Sequence record: PZ445451.1
From: a phage
Direction: 5' to 3' (one strand)
Length of the DNA stretch: 64,000 bases
Shown here one piece after another: positions 18,368 to 29,581 of this stretch (within the stretch, counting starts at the first letter, position 1; every line of letters begins with the position of its first letter). The notes below the pieces were generated by a model, which saw only the letters and a list, made by a program, of their open reading frames with translations, ran no database searches and had not been told where the DNA came from. A program made the position numbers and the translations under genes.

Positions 18368-21243
18368 TGTCAAGAATTAAGCACAGAATTGACAATGTTT
18401 TTCAACTGATCGATGGACATATTCAGTTCTTAGATCGTAATACAGGTTTAACTGTAGATCCTACAGTGCAACATTATGTATTAAACCCACAAAACGTTCT
18501 AGCTAATAACAGACACTTTATAAACTGGACTGCTCAAGAAGGGCAACCAAACGGGGATGCTACAACAGAAGGTCAATCCGTGCTTATTCTTGGTTGCGCT
18601 TATGCATACCTAGCTTCCGGCGATACAAAGTATTTAGACTCTGCTAAAAAATATTGGCAAGCCTATATAGATTACTTCTTTGGTGGTCAACCTATCCCAG
18701 ATCCGCCAGCAAAGTATCGCCCTAACTGGATTATTAACGGTAAAGAACCACGTCTTGCACATTATCCTCTTACAGATGATGGCTACCCTACACACGGAGG
18801 TTTTAAGGGTAGCTTAATGACGTGGACTAACGGTAGAACAGTTATTCCTCATGGTGCTCCTCATTGGGGAGAATACCTTGACAAAGCATGGTTTGCTTTT
18901 AATGGTAATCTAGGATGGAACTCTGTAAATGCTACAGTATATGCTGTTAATGCAGATGGTACAACAGATTGGTCTAAGAAGGGAGATCAATGGGATGTTG
19001 ATTGGATCATTGATCGTCTAGGACGTAAAGTTGATTGGGATGGAAATATCTTAGAAGAAGGTTTTCCAACATCTCAATACGGAACAGTTCAACTAAAAAA
19101 TACTTCTGTAAATGGTACATATAAATTTAACTACGCGACTTGTAACCCTGTTGAACACGGTGGTTATTTAATGGAGCGTAACACTATGTGGCATAACAGA
19201 CCAGTTAACGTTCCGGTAGAAATGGGCTTTCAGGATAATGCGTCAGATGCCGAAACTTGGTGGTGTGATGCTAATTACCTGATGTACCAAATTACAGGGG
19301 AAAGAAAATATTGGCTATGCTGGCAGTCTTCACTGTTAGTGTGTCAAGATTATTCAAACATTGATATGTTTGATAAATTCTTCCGTAAGTCTACATATGC
19401 AACTATTCCGTTTACAGATGGCATCTCTTACGATTATTCGTATCCATCTACAGCAATACCTAAATATTCAAGAGATACTTTAGGTTATATTGTTATTAGA
19501 CAAGATGTTGCTGCTCAAACAACATTAGAACAGCAATCTATTTGGTTTAAAGTTGATCAGAACTCTAAGTTACGAGTTCAGTTCCAAGGTGTAGATGACG
19601 CAGGACATGGTATCCTTTTCCGTCCAGAATTGGAGCTAAGTAAGACCAAAGATGAAAATAACACAGTAACTTACCGTTGTGGCTTACCACTAGGTACAGC
19701 TAATATGACAAGCATGGATATTCCATTATCCAGCTTTATGAGAAGTACCCCTCCAAATGGTGGAACATATATTATCGCAGATCCGCGAATTATTGTTGAC
19801 TGGGGTGACAATACTGTGGTACAATATAAGTATGTAACAGGTATTGCTGGAACTAATAATGACCAGATTGTTACTGCATCAATGGATACGGATGGTGGTG
19901 TTACTGTTGGTTTTTGGTTAACTCCTACATCAAAAGCTAATGTTAAGTCTATTACATATAGAACATATGAAGATGACTTTAACATGACTATCACGGATGC
20001 TCAAGGTTGGAGATGGTGGGCTATGCTGCCTAAAACGCAAGGGGCATGGAGTACGAAGACTTTATCAGCCTCTGCTTTTAAGTTAAGTGCTTACCAGCCT
20101 AATCATCCAGAAACAGATCCTAAACCTTCAGCAATAAATCTTACTGCTGTAGATCAGGTAAATTTAGTTCTTGATACGGCTCCTGTCAATGGTTTAACAG
20201 GAACAATAGATTTCTATTGTATTAACGATGTACCTGAAAGATATTCGTCATCTTCTGGTGATGATTATACCATGTACTTCCGTATTACTGTACAGGCTTC
20301 AAGTCCTCATACTGCTAAGTTAGGTGATTGTACTATTATTGACTATAAGTTAAATAGTCTTAATTACACACCAGGAATAATTCCATTCTCTAATATCAGT
20401 GACCCAAACACTGCATTATACGATGGATGGCGTGGTATTCCATACCCAGGATACCAGTATCCTTCCTTATACTGTTTCGCAGGTAGGGATATTGATTGGA
20501 CACGTTTAAACAACAGTATTGATTTCTTGTATGATGCTCAAATGTGGTTTTATAACACGTTTGATCCTGTGATGCCTGGGCCTATGGCACAAGCATATGT
20601 GTGGGATCGTTGGGATGCAAGAAAATACGGTGAACCTAATACGTTTACAATGAAACACTGGAATGAAAAAGCGTGGGATGGTTATGAAGCTCGTGCATTC
20701 TACTGTGCTTGTCATGCTGTATACGAACTTGTACAAAGAGGAGAAACACCTCCTGAAAAACTAGTAACTGTTTGTAAAAATTGGATCAACTACCTTAAAT
20801 GTTTCCAAGACAATAATGATGGAAGAACACCAACTATCTTTAATCCAGATGGTACAGTTCTTGCACCTATAGATGACTTTACTAGTCATATGTCTGCACT
20901 GTTTATGGCGGGTTGTTCAATCATGGGCTTGGCAGGTTATGATTCACAAATTCCAAACATTGGTATTGTAGCAGACAGATGTTTTGATCTGATTCAGCAA
21001 AACTATATTGTGCTTTCCCCTAACCATCCGATGAATGGTTCCTGGAGTGTTGCACCACGCCCAGATTCAGATAACGGAATGTTCTTTGGTTTCCATGCTG
21101 GAGAACTATTACGTGGTTTTGGTTTATATGCCTTGTATCGTAAACTAAACCCTCAAAACGCTTTACCAATTTTGGATAATAGTAACATACCAACACTAAC
21201 TGTTCTAACTATGAATGATATTAGTGTTGATGTAACCAAATAA
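18367..21243 (+). CDS. Large virion-associated protein (958 aa), possible carbohydrate-active tail protein
   Basis: Very Trp/Tyr/Asn/Asp-rich sequence in the tail module; function not recognisable by eye. Confidence 0.4.
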   Translation: MSRIKHRIDNVFQLIDGHIQFLDRNTGLTVDPTVQHYVLNPQNVLANNRHFINWTAQEGQPNGDATTEGQSVLILGCAYAYLASGDTKYLDSAKKYWQAYIDYFFGGQPIPDPPAKYRPNWIINGKEPRLAHYPLTDDGYPTHGGFKGSLMTWTNGRTVIPHGAPHWGEYLDKAWFAFNGNLGWNSVNATVYAVNADGTTDWSKKGDQWDVDWIIDRLGRKVDWDGNILEEGFPTSQYGTVQLKNTSVNGTYKFNYATCNPVEHGGYLMERNTMWHNRPVNVPVEMGFQDNASDAETWWCDANYLMYQITGERKYWLCWQSSLLVCQDYSNIDMFDKFFRKSTYATIPFTDGISYDYSYPSTAIPKYSRDTLGYIVIRQDVAAQTTLEQQSIWFKVDQNSKLRVQFQGVDDAGHGILFRPELELSKTKDENNTVTYRCGLPLGTANMTSMDIPLSSFMRSTPPNGGTYIIADPRIIVDWGDNTVVQYKYVTGIAGTNNDQIVTASMDTDGGVTVGFWLTPTSKANVKSITYRTYEDDFNMTITDAQGWRWWAMLPKTQGAWSTKTLSASAFKLSAYQPNHPETDPKPSAINLTAVDQVNLVLDTAPVNGLTGTIDFYCINDVPERYSSSSGDDYTMYFRITVQASSPHTAKLGDCTIIDYKLNSLNYTPGIIPFSNISDPNTALYDGWRGIPYPGYQYPSLYCFAGRDIDWTRLNNSIDFLYDAQMWFYNTFDPVMPGPMAQAYVWDRWDARKYGEPNTFTMKHWNEKAWDGYEARAFYCACHAVYELVQRGETPPEKLVTVCKNWINYLKCFQDNNDGRTPTIFNPDGTVLAPIDDFTSHMSALFMAGCSIMGLAGYDSQIPNIGIVADRCFDLIQQNYIVLSPNHPMNGSWSVAPRPDSDNGMFFGFHAGELLRGFGLYALYRKLNPQNALPILDNSNIPTLTVLTMNDISVDVTK

Positions 21244-21251
21244 GGAAAATA

Positions 21252-23411
21252 ATGAAACAGGCTATTTTTACTGTAACTCGAAATACGAGAGTAAATGCCA
21301 GTTCATTCAGCTATAAGACCGTCGATGGAACGGCGGTCGCTGGTAGAGATTATGTAGCTAAACAGGGAACAGTAACGTTCCCTTCTGATGCAGATTCTGC
21401 TACTGTAGTGGTTGATGTATATGAACGTCCGGCAAACTCTTTAGATCTTTATTTTACTCTTGAGATTACTAGCATAAGTCAAAATAACATGATGATCAAC
21501 GAAGAAATTCGTTGTGTTATTACGACTGATCAATCGAATACAACCCCGCTAACTTGGCCTGTTGTGAAGTCTAGAATGTTTGATCCTAAGTTTTGGACAA
21601 TAGATTCTCAAGCAACAGAAAGTTGTTCTATTATCTCTAATGGTGATTCTTTCACAGCAAGAATGGTTAATAGGACAGTGGCTGGTCTTGCTGGGATTAT
21701 TTGGTCAACTTACGATAAATATGATCACAAAGGATTAGGCTACCAAGAACATTCTGATTTAAGTAAAGAAAAACTTTGGTTTAAAATGGAACTTAGTCAA
21801 GGTGTTCCTGGATTAAAAGAAGAAAAATTAATGCCATCCTTAACAGTGACACTGAAGGATGAAACAGTTCATTATGTATCTCTAAACTTTTATGCAGAAG
21901 AAGTTTCAGAGGACGGTAAAACAGCAATAATCAAATTAGATTTCTCAAATTTAAAATCTGGGTCAGAAAATGATATTGTTGTTGACACTACACAAATAGA
22001 TAACATGTTCTTCTCCTTGATCTCCGCAAGGTATCAAGAAATTGAAGATGTTATACCTGTAGACAATATGGATCTTTCCTTTAAGTTTACCATACTAGAG
22101 CCTGATACTGGTTACAGTATGATGAATATGGGTAATTTAAATGTTCCGGCGCACACCATAAGAATGTGTACATCTTATGATGATATGTATAACCTAACCC
22201 CAGAGCGAGTTATTTCTAACACCTATAGATTAGGTTATAGAGATATGATTAACCATTATAATGGTATGTCACACTATTATCAATTTAGTTGGGATGCTGG
22301 ATCTAATAAATGGGCTTTGAACAGAACAGAATATTTAAACCCAGCAACAGAAGCCTGGTTTGATAATTTCCACGCTAATGCAAAAGCTATGGGCTACACA
22401 GTAATGAACTCCTTAAGTTTTGAACTTATGAGTACAGTGTGTCCTGTAGAATGGGTACAACATGCTTGGAATGATGATCTTGCTGCTACAGGTTATGAGC
22501 CACCAAGTTATGTTTTATCTCCTTCAATTGATGAAGGGATGAATTATTTACAAGGTGTAATAAATAAGATAGCTTCTATATCCGCTGCTAATGATCTTCC
22601 GGTTATTATTCAGGTTGGTGAACCGTGGTGGTGGTATAACACAGCTACCAATCTACCGTGTATTTATGATTATACAACCAAAGTTGCATTTAATAATGAA
22701 ACTGGATTATATGCACAAGATGTTGGTACAGTTAAGAATTATAAAACTGGTACACCATATGATGAATATTATGCATTCCTATCTAAAACATTAGGACTAC
22801 GTGTTGCTAAGTTTGCAACGGATACTAGATTAGCATATCCTGGAGCGAAAGTTACATTGTTACCATTTGTGCCATCCATTTTGGGTAATGGTATGATGGA
22901 GTTTGTTAACTTTCCTAAAGATTATTATATCCCAGAAAACTTTGACTTTTATTGTTCAGAATGTTATGATTGGTTGTTGGAAGGTAAGATGGAAAGATCT
23001 TTCGACGCTATCACAATACCTAATGAGCAACTAGGTTTTAGTTATGATAAGATACATTATCTTGCAGGGTTTGTTCCAGATGCAACTCTAGCACCATTAT
23101 ATGGCTTTGATCCTGAATCAGACTACAGAACATATTTGTGGAAAATGATTATAGGTAATATTGTATTGAATGACCAGAAGTTTGTTGGTTTATATCAATA
23201 CATATGGGCTTATCCACAAATAATGCATGATTCAATAACTGTTCTTAATTCAAAATCCCAAGTTTTTTATATGGGTAATGTGCCTTTGAATTGCTATTTG
23301 CAAGATATCACTCTTAAACAGGTAAATGTTACGATTGCTACTATAAGCGGAATTACATTAGCCACTAAATCTGGAGAAGATTTAGTAACAACACAAAAAT
23401 TTTATATATAG
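21252..23411 (+). CDS. Large virion-associated protein (719 aa), possible carbohydrate-active tail protein
   Basis: Aromatic-rich ORF in the tail module with AAGGA RBS. Confidence 0.4.
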   Translation: MKQAIFTVTRNTRVNASSFSYKTVDGTAVAGRDYVAKQGTVTFPSDADSATVVVDVYERPANSLDLYFTLEITSISQNNMMINEEIRCVITTDQSNTTPLTWPVVKSRMFDPKFWTIDSQATESCSIISNGDSFTARMVNRTVAGLAGIIWSTYDKYDHKGLGYQEHSDLSKEKLWFKMELSQGVPGLKEEKLMPSLTVTLKDETVHYVSLNFYAEEVSEDGKTAIIKLDFSNLKSGSENDIVVDTTQIDNMFFSLISARYQEIEDVIPVDNMDLSFKFTILEPDTGYSMMNMGNLNVPAHTIRMCTSYDDMYNLTPERVISNTYRLGYRDMINHYNGMSHYYQFSWDAGSNKWALNRTEYLNPATEAWFDNFHANAKAMGYTVMNSLSFELMSTVCPVEWVQHAWNDDLAATGYEPPSYVLSPSIDEGMNYLQGVINKIASISAANDLPVIIQVGEPWWWYNTATNLPCIYDYTTKVAFNNETGLYAQDVGTVKNYKTGTPYDEYYAFLSKTLGLRVAKFATDTRLAYPGAKVTLLPFVPSILGNGMMEFVNFPKDYYIPENFDFYCSECYDWLLEGKMERSFDAITIPNEQLGFSYDKIHYLAGFVPDATLAPLYGFDPESDYRTYLWKMIIGNIVLNDQKFVGLYQYIWAYPQIMHDSITVLNSKSQVFYMGNVPLNCYLQDITLKQVNVTIATISGITLATKSGEDLVTTQKFYI

Positions 23412-23419
23412 GAGTAAAA

Positions 23420-25294
23420 ATGTCAACTACAATTACTAATTTACCCGAAACATCAAAAGTTAATGGTTCTGATTACCTGGTTTTAGACCAATCTGATAAG
23501 ACTGTTAAAAGCACAGTTTCCAAATTTCTTACTGACACTGGGGTGGTTTTAGCCACCCAGTTGAAAGATACAGATGGAGCAGATTTAATACAATCCTCAA
23601 ATGGTAATACTGTTCAGGAAGAGTTGAATAACAATCTTCTTAATGATCGTGAACAGTGGCGTCGTAGTCTTGCTGAGGCAGGGTTAACACTTGTTGATGG
23701 TAGCTTTGAGGAGGGTGCTACATTAAATAATAATACTGATGCTGTTTGGTATATTGCAGCGGGCCAGTGTTATTCCTGGGATGGTGCATTCCCTAAAACT
23801 GTAGCTGCTGGCTCAACACCTACATCATCTGGTGGAGTTGGATTGGGTGCGTGGGTTAGTGTTGGTGATGCTTCATTGAGAAAAGAACTATCATCTAACT
23901 ATGGTGCTGGTCTTATTAAAACAACAAATGGCGACAGTGTTCAGTCAGAACTTGATACTTTGCGGTTATCTGATAGTGCTGAGAAAATTGCAGCCAACCT
24001 GTTATTAGGCTCCGCAAAAGTTATTGACTCCGTATCCAGTGCCGATTCTTTTATCCTCCCATCCTTCGCTACGTTAGAAGGGGGAGATAATTTCTTAACC
24101 GGCTTCATAGGAACAACCTACCAGAAAAACAAAACTATTCGTAAATCAAGTAATACAACTGTTACGTTAACAAACCAAGACCCAACCGCCAGTAGTCAAA
24201 CCGTCGACGCTGTAGTATACCAGGATCCGTCCTGGCCTGGCGGCAGAGTATTCCCCCAAAAATCGGCATTAAAGCATATTACTGTTGAGGGTAACTCTGC
24301 TGCCAACCCCAGTCAGGCCGGATTTTTCGTATTACAAGCTGGAGTAGTTGACATTGAGAATGTAGATTTCATCAACTGCACCTATGCAATATGGGCTAAA
24401 GATATCTGGCAAAGCCGTATCTCCAGGGTATTCTCCAACAACGGAAAGATTCGTCTGGATAATGGTACGTCTGTGGTACTTACCGGGTGTGGACTTGCGT
24501 CAGCAGACACAGGGAGAACGGGCGCATTCGACCTTACGGGCATGAAGTATTCTACGCTTATTGGTTGTACATCAGACCATACTACCAATACTGCATATTC
24601 ATTCGACGCTTGCGAAGGGATTGTGCTTGACGCTTGCGGATGTGAGGGCGCCAACACCACCACGGCTAATGCCGGAACAGCTCTGGCTTTTAAAGATAAC
24701 AATCATAATATAGTGGTCAATGCTTTCACATGTTTTCCGGTAGCCGATCAGGGGCCAGCGCTAATATCGTTTGGCAGTAATAATCAGGTAACTCTAAACT
24801 CGTTCGAGGTTATACCAGGAATTACATATAACGGGGACATATACCTTTATGGAGCTAATTCCCATATCACTATAAATGGTGGGCGTTTCGGTTCATCCGG
24901 TAATGCTATGCCTATTGTTATTGCTTCAGCAGCCGCCGTTGGTTCTACGGTGACATACCATCATCGGCGCGGTATCACGTACACCTACAGAGTAACAGAG
25001 GCTGGGGTTGTATCTCCGGTACAACATTTCAGGCCTATTGTGTCTGCTATTATTGCTGCCTCTGGGGATGTTGTTTCAGGGTTTGGCGTTAACAGTGTAA
25101 CTAAAAATAGTACTGGCTCTTACACTATTAACTTCACCAGTGAAGTAGCCACCGGATATCATATACAGCAGCTTTCGAGCTTCGGATTTCAGCAGGTAAG
25201 CACATTTGATAATACATCATTAACGGTTACACTCATAAGCCCAGATAAGATACCAACTGATTCTGCATTCTCAATAAATATAAATGGATGGTAA
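23420..25294 (+). CDS. Tailspike protein (beta-helix type, putative depolymerase)
   Basis: N-terminal anchor-like sequence (MSTTITNLPETSKVNGSDYLVLDQSDKTVK); Gly/Thr/Asn/Cys-rich repetitive region typical of right-handed beta-helices; terminator downstream. Confidence 0.55.
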   Translation: MSTTITNLPETSKVNGSDYLVLDQSDKTVKSTVSKFLTDTGVVLATQLKDTDGADLIQSSNGNTVQEELNNNLLNDREQWRRSLAEAGLTLVDGSFEEGATLNNNTDAVWYIAAGQCYSWDGAFPKTVAAGSTPTSSGGVGLGAWVSVGDASLRKELSSNYGAGLIKTTNGDSVQSELDTLRLSDSAEKIAANLLLGSAKVIDSVSSADSFILPSFATLEGGDNFLTGFIGTTYQKNKTIRKSSNTTVTLTNQDPTASSQTVDAVVYQDPSWPGGRVFPQKSALKHITVEGNSAANPSQAGFFVLQAGVVDIENVDFINCTYAIWAKDIWQSRISRVFSNNGKIRLDNGTSVVLTGCGLASADTGRTGAFDLTGMKYSTLIGCTSDHTTNTAYSFDACEGIVLDACGCEGANTTTANAGTALAFKDNNHNIVVNAFTCFPVADQGPALISFGSNNQVTLNSFEVIPGITYNGDIYLYGANSHITINGGRFGSSGNAMPIVIASAAAVGSTVTYHHRRGITYTYRVTEAGVVSPVQHFRPIVSAIIAASGDVVSGFGVNSVTKNSTGSYTINFTSEVATGYHIQQLSSFGFQQVSTFDNTSLTVTLISPDKIPTDSAFSININGW

Positions 25295-25298
25295 CAAC

Positions 25299-25325
25299 AA
25301 CCCCGCTTCGGCGGGGTGTTTTAAA
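25299..25325 (+). terminator. Rho-independent terminator (UUCG loop)
   Basis: ccccgc-ttcg-gcgggg followed by tgttttaaaa. Confidence 0.6.
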
Positions 25326-25347
25326 ACTACAACATGAGGACTAACCC

Positions 25348-25653
25348 ATGAATAAGATGTTCACACAGCCCACTGGCCCAGTGGCTAAACAGGTTAATAA
25401 ACAAGCCATTGCCCGTAAGTTTGGTGTTAAGCAGAATGAAGTAGTTTACTTCGCTGTAGGTGCTGTACTAAGTGGATATAAGATTATCTATGATAAGGAG
25501 ACGCAAAGGGCGTATTCCCTACCTACTGATATTGCCCCAGGTATTACTGCCATTAGTCTTAGTGCTGCTGTACTTGTGCATTCAGCGGGTTCTGTAGACC
25601 TTGGGGAATTAGCTGTATATCGTGATTTAAAAAGTAATGAGAACGCACCATGA
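25348..25653 (+). CDS. Hypothetical protein
   Basis: 101 aa ORF with GAGGA RBS. Confidence 0.4.
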   Translation: MNKMFTQPTGPVAKQVNKQAIARKFGVKQNEVVYFAVGAVLSGYKIIYDKETQRAYSLPTDIAPGITAISLSAAVLVHSAGSVDLGELAVYRDLKSNENAP

Positions 25654-25895
25654 GAAAATTTTTAATAGGTATGTTTTGTACATATCCTGATAATAAAGTC
25701 AGTTCTACTAAAGTTTGGAATGCTATTGGTATGATTGTTATGTCCAGTATGTTTATTTATTTGGGAATTGATAAAGAAATTCCTGAGTGGATGGGCTGGG
25801 CTTTTGTTTTTATGATCACACCCTCCAGACTAATGAAGAGTTTAATAGATTTACGTTGGGGCAGATCACCTGCCCCTGATAAGGAGGATAACTAA
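25650..25895 (+). CDS. Small membrane protein (two predicted TM helices)
   Basis: 81 aa; hydrophobic stretches IGMIVMSSMFIYLGI and WMGWAFVFMI; ATGA start/stop overlap. Confidence 0.4.
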   Translation: MRKFLIGMFCTYPDNKVSSTKVWNAIGMIVMSSMFIYLGIDKEIPEWMGWAFVFMITPSRLMKSLIDLRWGRSPAPDKEDN

Positions 25896-27382
25896 TGGCA
25901 GATTATGGTTTAACAGATGCTGGTTTTGTCATTCCAACGTTTGATGATATTCTAAATAATTATATGACAGCATTGAAAAACACTTTCGGTGCAGATACAG
26001 CTACATCTGAAGATACTGTCTTTGGTCAACTGTTTCGTATTATTGCATATACAGATTACACTCTTTGGGAAGGTATGCAAGGTGTTTACAATACCCAAAC
26101 CTTAGATGGTGCAGAAGGTATTTACCTTGATGAAATTTTCTCTAAAAGGGGTTTTTATCGTAAAGCTGCTTCTGCTGGTAGTGGTTATGCTTATGTTAAA
26201 TCTAACAATAAGGCAGCTTGGACTTATGAGCTAAGCACAGATGTTTATTTTAATGCCGATAACGATTTGACATATTATGTCAGTGCACCAACAATGTTGA
26301 ATGCTAAGATTGGAGCGTATACCATTTCTAAAGCAAACGCAACAGCTTCTGGTGAAACTTCTATTACTTTCTACATTCAAAGTGCTATTGATGGTGGTCT
26401 TAACAGTAAAACACTAAGTCCTAGCAATACAAACTTTATTTTAGATCTCACGAATTTCATTAAAGCTAACGTATCAACAACAGATCGTGCTTTAGTATGG
26501 AATGATGCTAGTAATGTTTACATGGGTTATAATCCAGAAGATAATGTTAACCCAATAGGTCTAGTAACACCAGTGAAATTTTACGCATCTATTGCAATAG
26601 GTACAAAATGGAGTGAAATTCCAGTTACGTGTTCAGACGTTGGTTATAATCCAGTAGGCACAGAAAGTATCACAGGTATTTCTTCAACGTTTACAGGCTT
26701 TTTAGATACAGGTAACTTCTATCAATTCTCTCCAGGTACAGATGTTGAAACAGATGCAGAATTCCGTTCTCGTTTCAATGATAATATGGATGAAGCTAAT
26801 GCTGCTACTCGTGCTGCTATTGTTAAAGCCCTGTTACTGACAGATGGTGTGACAAAGGTTAAGATTTATGATAACCCTACACTACACGATCAGGAACATG
26901 CTCCAGCTATGACATTCCAGACTATTGTGTATGGTGGTACAGCAGAAGAAGTTGCACAGGTTATTTATAATACTAAACCTATTAACACCTTAACTTATGG
27001 TACGACAGCAATTACTATCGTAACAGAAGATGGCGGTCAAGAAGTAATTCGTTTTTCTCCTGGTGACAATGCTGAATATTCACTTAAACTAGTATATCAA
27101 ACTGGCAATGGTAGTGTGTTAAGTACAACAGAAAGAGAAAACATTGTTTCTGCTCTTTCAAATCTACAGGCTTATTTTGAGCTAGGGTCAACAGTAACTA
27201 ACGATCAGATAAAAGGTGTAATTTATTCTGCACTTGCGTTCGGACGCTTGACTTCTCTCCGTGTTTATGTTAAACTTAATACTGAGGATGACAGTAAATA
27301 TAATGAGGGAGATATCACTCCAGCGTACAATGTTGTACCATCCTTTGACCTTGATAATATTTCCTACGAGTACGGAGTCTAA
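25895..27382 (+). CDS. Baseplate wedge protein (Baseplate_J / gp6-like)
   Basis: 495 aa; region GIYLDEIFSKRGFYRKAASAGSGYAYV resembles the Baseplate_J conserved block (LD..g...G..R..A..A.G). Confidence 0.5.
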   Translation: MADYGLTDAGFVIPTFDDILNNYMTALKNTFGADTATSEDTVFGQLFRIIAYTDYTLWEGMQGVYNTQTLDGAEGIYLDEIFSKRGFYRKAASAGSGYAYVKSNNKAAWTYELSTDVYFNADNDLTYYVSAPTMLNAKIGAYTISKANATASGETSITFYIQSAIDGGLNSKTLSPSNTNFILDLTNFIKANVSTTDRALVWNDASNVYMGYNPEDNVNPIGLVTPVKFYASIAIGTKWSEIPVTCSDVGYNPVGTESITGISSTFTGFLDTGNFYQFSPGTDVETDAEFRSRFNDNMDEANAATRAAIVKALLLTDGVTKVKIYDNPTLHDQEHAPAMTFQTIVYGGTAEEVAQVIYNTKPINTLTYGTTAITIVTEDGGQEVIRFSPGDNAEYSLKLVYQTGNGSVLSTTERENIVSALSNLQAYFELGSTVTNDQIKGVIYSALAFGRLTSLRVYVKLNTEDDSKYNEGDITPAYNVVPSFDLDNISYEYGV

Positions 27383-27384
27383 AA

Positions 27385-28014
27385 ATGGCAGTGAGTGTTG
27401 ACCATGTGACAACGTGGGATAGTATCAATGAAGATGTTAAAGACCTACTGATTGAAGATTTTAAATCTTCTCCGAACATTGTCAAACTACTCTATATCAT
27501 TTCTAGCGAAAAACAAAAGATAGATCAGGCAATGATCTATCTTGCCAAACACCGCTTAATCTCTACTGCAACTGGTAAGTATTTAGATCTTATTGGTGAA
27601 GAGATGGGGATGGAAAGAAATGGTGCTACAGATGAAGAGTATCGTACAATATTAAAAATCAGGGCTTATCGTGTTGCGTCTTCTGGTACGCGAGATGATA
27701 TCATTGATATGTTCGCTCGTTTTACAGGAACAGAAAAAGAAACGATCAATACATACGTTGGATTAAATAAAACATTCGACGTATTCTTTTATAATTTGTG
27801 TCTACAATCCGATCAGGCAGTAGCACAGTTACTTAACGTTTTCCCGATCCTAAGTAGTTATCGCTTAGGTGCGAAAGCGGGTGCAGCCTTTGGTTTCACT
27901 TCCTATTATGCCACAACTCCACCTCATGGTATAGGTGGTTTAGGTTCTCTTTACACAGAGGCTGAAGGAGATGATACAGGGCGAATGACTATGCTGATAG
28001 CTCAAATAGAATAA
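27385..28014 (+). CDS. Baseplate protein (gpI-like, putative)
   Basis: 209 aa ORF immediately after the J-like gene; positional inference only. Confidence 0.35.
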   Translation: MAVSVDHVTTWDSINEDVKDLLIEDFKSSPNIVKLLYIISSEKQKIDQAMIYLAKHRLISTATGKYLDLIGEEMGMERNGATDEEYRTILKIRAYRVASSGTRDDIIDMFARFTGTEKETINTYVGLNKTFDVFFYNLCLQSDQAVAQLLNVFPILSSYRLGAKAGAAFGFTSYYATTPPHGIGGLGSLYTEAEGDDTGRMTMLIAQIE

Positions 28015-28027
28015 GGAGTTACTCTTA

Positions 28028-29011
28028 ATGGCAAAGCCACAATACTACCCTGACTGGGCGACACAAACAGTAACCCTCCCAGGAACGGGAAACACAAACA
28101 AAATTAGACCAAAAGAAACCATCCGTAATGTTGGTATGGACTTTGGTCAGATTATGACTTGTGAAGAAATGAACTGGATCTTAAACAATATTGGGTCTTG
28201 GATTCGCTATATGCAAGATGAATTCTTCCCAACATTGCCTACTACATATCTTCCTATAGTCGGTACTAAAATTACAATGGCAGGTGATGCTGCAGGTGAA
28301 GTTACATGGAATGGTAATGCTGCTGTAACATTATCTATTCAAGTAGTAGATAACAGCCATAATCACTTATCAGCTAACATTACAGACGCAACATCAAACC
28401 AAGTTGTAGGGAATGTCCTTGTTAAGCGTGATAATGGTGGTGCTATCTATGCAGGTGATATTTACACTTGTGGTACAGGTGCTACAGATCCTGCAACATT
28501 ATTTTTTAGAAACTACAACGGACAAACAGTAGGTAATATGTCCTCTGAACCAGGTGCAGGTGGTCAACTCTATATTTATAGAATAAACCCATCAACTGGA
28601 GGAACATCTTGTGGAGTCCGTTTGTACGATGCAGGTTATGTTTTAATAGACAATCCTCGTTCTAATTCTGGTCAAGATACTGGCAATGGTAATGCTCTTG
28701 TAAGATTAGATTATCTTAACTCAAGACTAAACTCATTGCAAAGTACACTGCAAAATAATATTAACAACGTTAATAGCAACTTGCAAGGCCAAATTAATAG
28801 CATTAACAATAGAGTTTCTTCTGTTGTGTCTGCTATCCGTCTTGGAACACGTATCCAAGCTGGTGTGTCTGAGTCTCGTTTCTATGCTGGTCACGTGATC
28901 ACAGGTTGGGGTTTTGGTGACAAGAAAGAACTTCGTGGTGCTTGGTATTGGTCAGCCCCGCTACAATATTATATTAACGGTAGCTGGATAACAGTAACCA
29001 ACGTTTCGTAA
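28028..29011 (+). CDS. Tail fibre protein
   Basis: 327 aa, Gly/Asn/Thr-rich; immediately followed by a tail fibre assembly chaperone gene. Confidence 0.5.
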   Translation: MAKPQYYPDWATQTVTLPGTGNTNKIRPKETIRNVGMDFGQIMTCEEMNWILNNIGSWIRYMQDEFFPTLPTTYLPIVGTKITMAGDAAGEVTWNGNAAVTLSIQVVDNSHNHLSANITDATSNQVVGNVLVKRDNGGAIYAGDIYTCGTGATDPATLFFRNYNGQTVGNMSSEPGAGGQLYIYRINPSTGGTSCGVRLYDAGYVLIDNPRSNSGQDTGNGNALVRLDYLNSRLNSLQSTLQNNINNVNSNLQGQINSINNRVSSVVSAIRLGTRIQAGVSESRFYAGHVITGWGFGDKKELRGAWYWSAPLQYYINGSWITVTNVS

Positions 29012-29020
29012 GGAGAGTCT

Positions 29021-29572
29021 ATGAAAAAAGACGTTATTTTTACAGGTTTTGAATTGTATGAACCAGAATTAACAGAAGAAAATATTCTTTATCTTTCTGT
29101 TGGTGGTGGTTTTTTGCAAGACAAAGATGGTAACGACTGGTATCAGCTTCAAAAAACTTTGATGGTAGAATATCCCGACGCTTATTTTATTACCTTAGAT
29201 GATAATAATATTGTACGTGGTGCTACTAAAGATGTTACTACCTATTTCCCTGCCGGACAATCTATTTTAGTTACATATAATGTACCAGATAAAATAGAAG
29301 ATGAAAGTAATATTGGCTCTTGGCAATATGTTGAAGGTAAGTTTGTTCCTCACAATAATCTTGCTATTGAAGATGCTACTCTTAAGTTAGAAAAGGAGCT
29401 AACTTGGGCTACGAATCAAGTGTCTGCGATTCAAGATTTAGAGGAATTACAAGGTTTATCTGAAGAACAAAAAGATTGGTTAGGAAAAGTTAAACTCTAT
29501 CGTGCAACATTAATTCAAATTAACGTTGAAGATGCACCTAATATAACTTGGCCTACAAAACCTAAGAAATAG
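29021..29572 (+). CDS. Tail fibre assembly chaperone (Tfa-like)
   Basis: 183 aa; C-terminal KLYRATLIQINVEDAPNITWPTKP matches the Tfa C-terminal signature (W..yR..L..vd....p.i.WP..P). Confidence 0.7.
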   Translation: MKKDVIFTGFELYEPELTEENILYLSVGGGFLQDKDGNDWYQLQKTLMVEYPDAYFITLDDNNIVRGATKDVTTYFPAGQSILVTYNVPDKIEDESNIGSWQYVEGKFVPHNNLAIEDATLKLEKELTWATNQVSAIQDLEELQGLSEEQKDWLGKVKLYRATLIQINVEDAPNITWPTKPKK

Positions 29573-29581
29573 GGGCAATGT

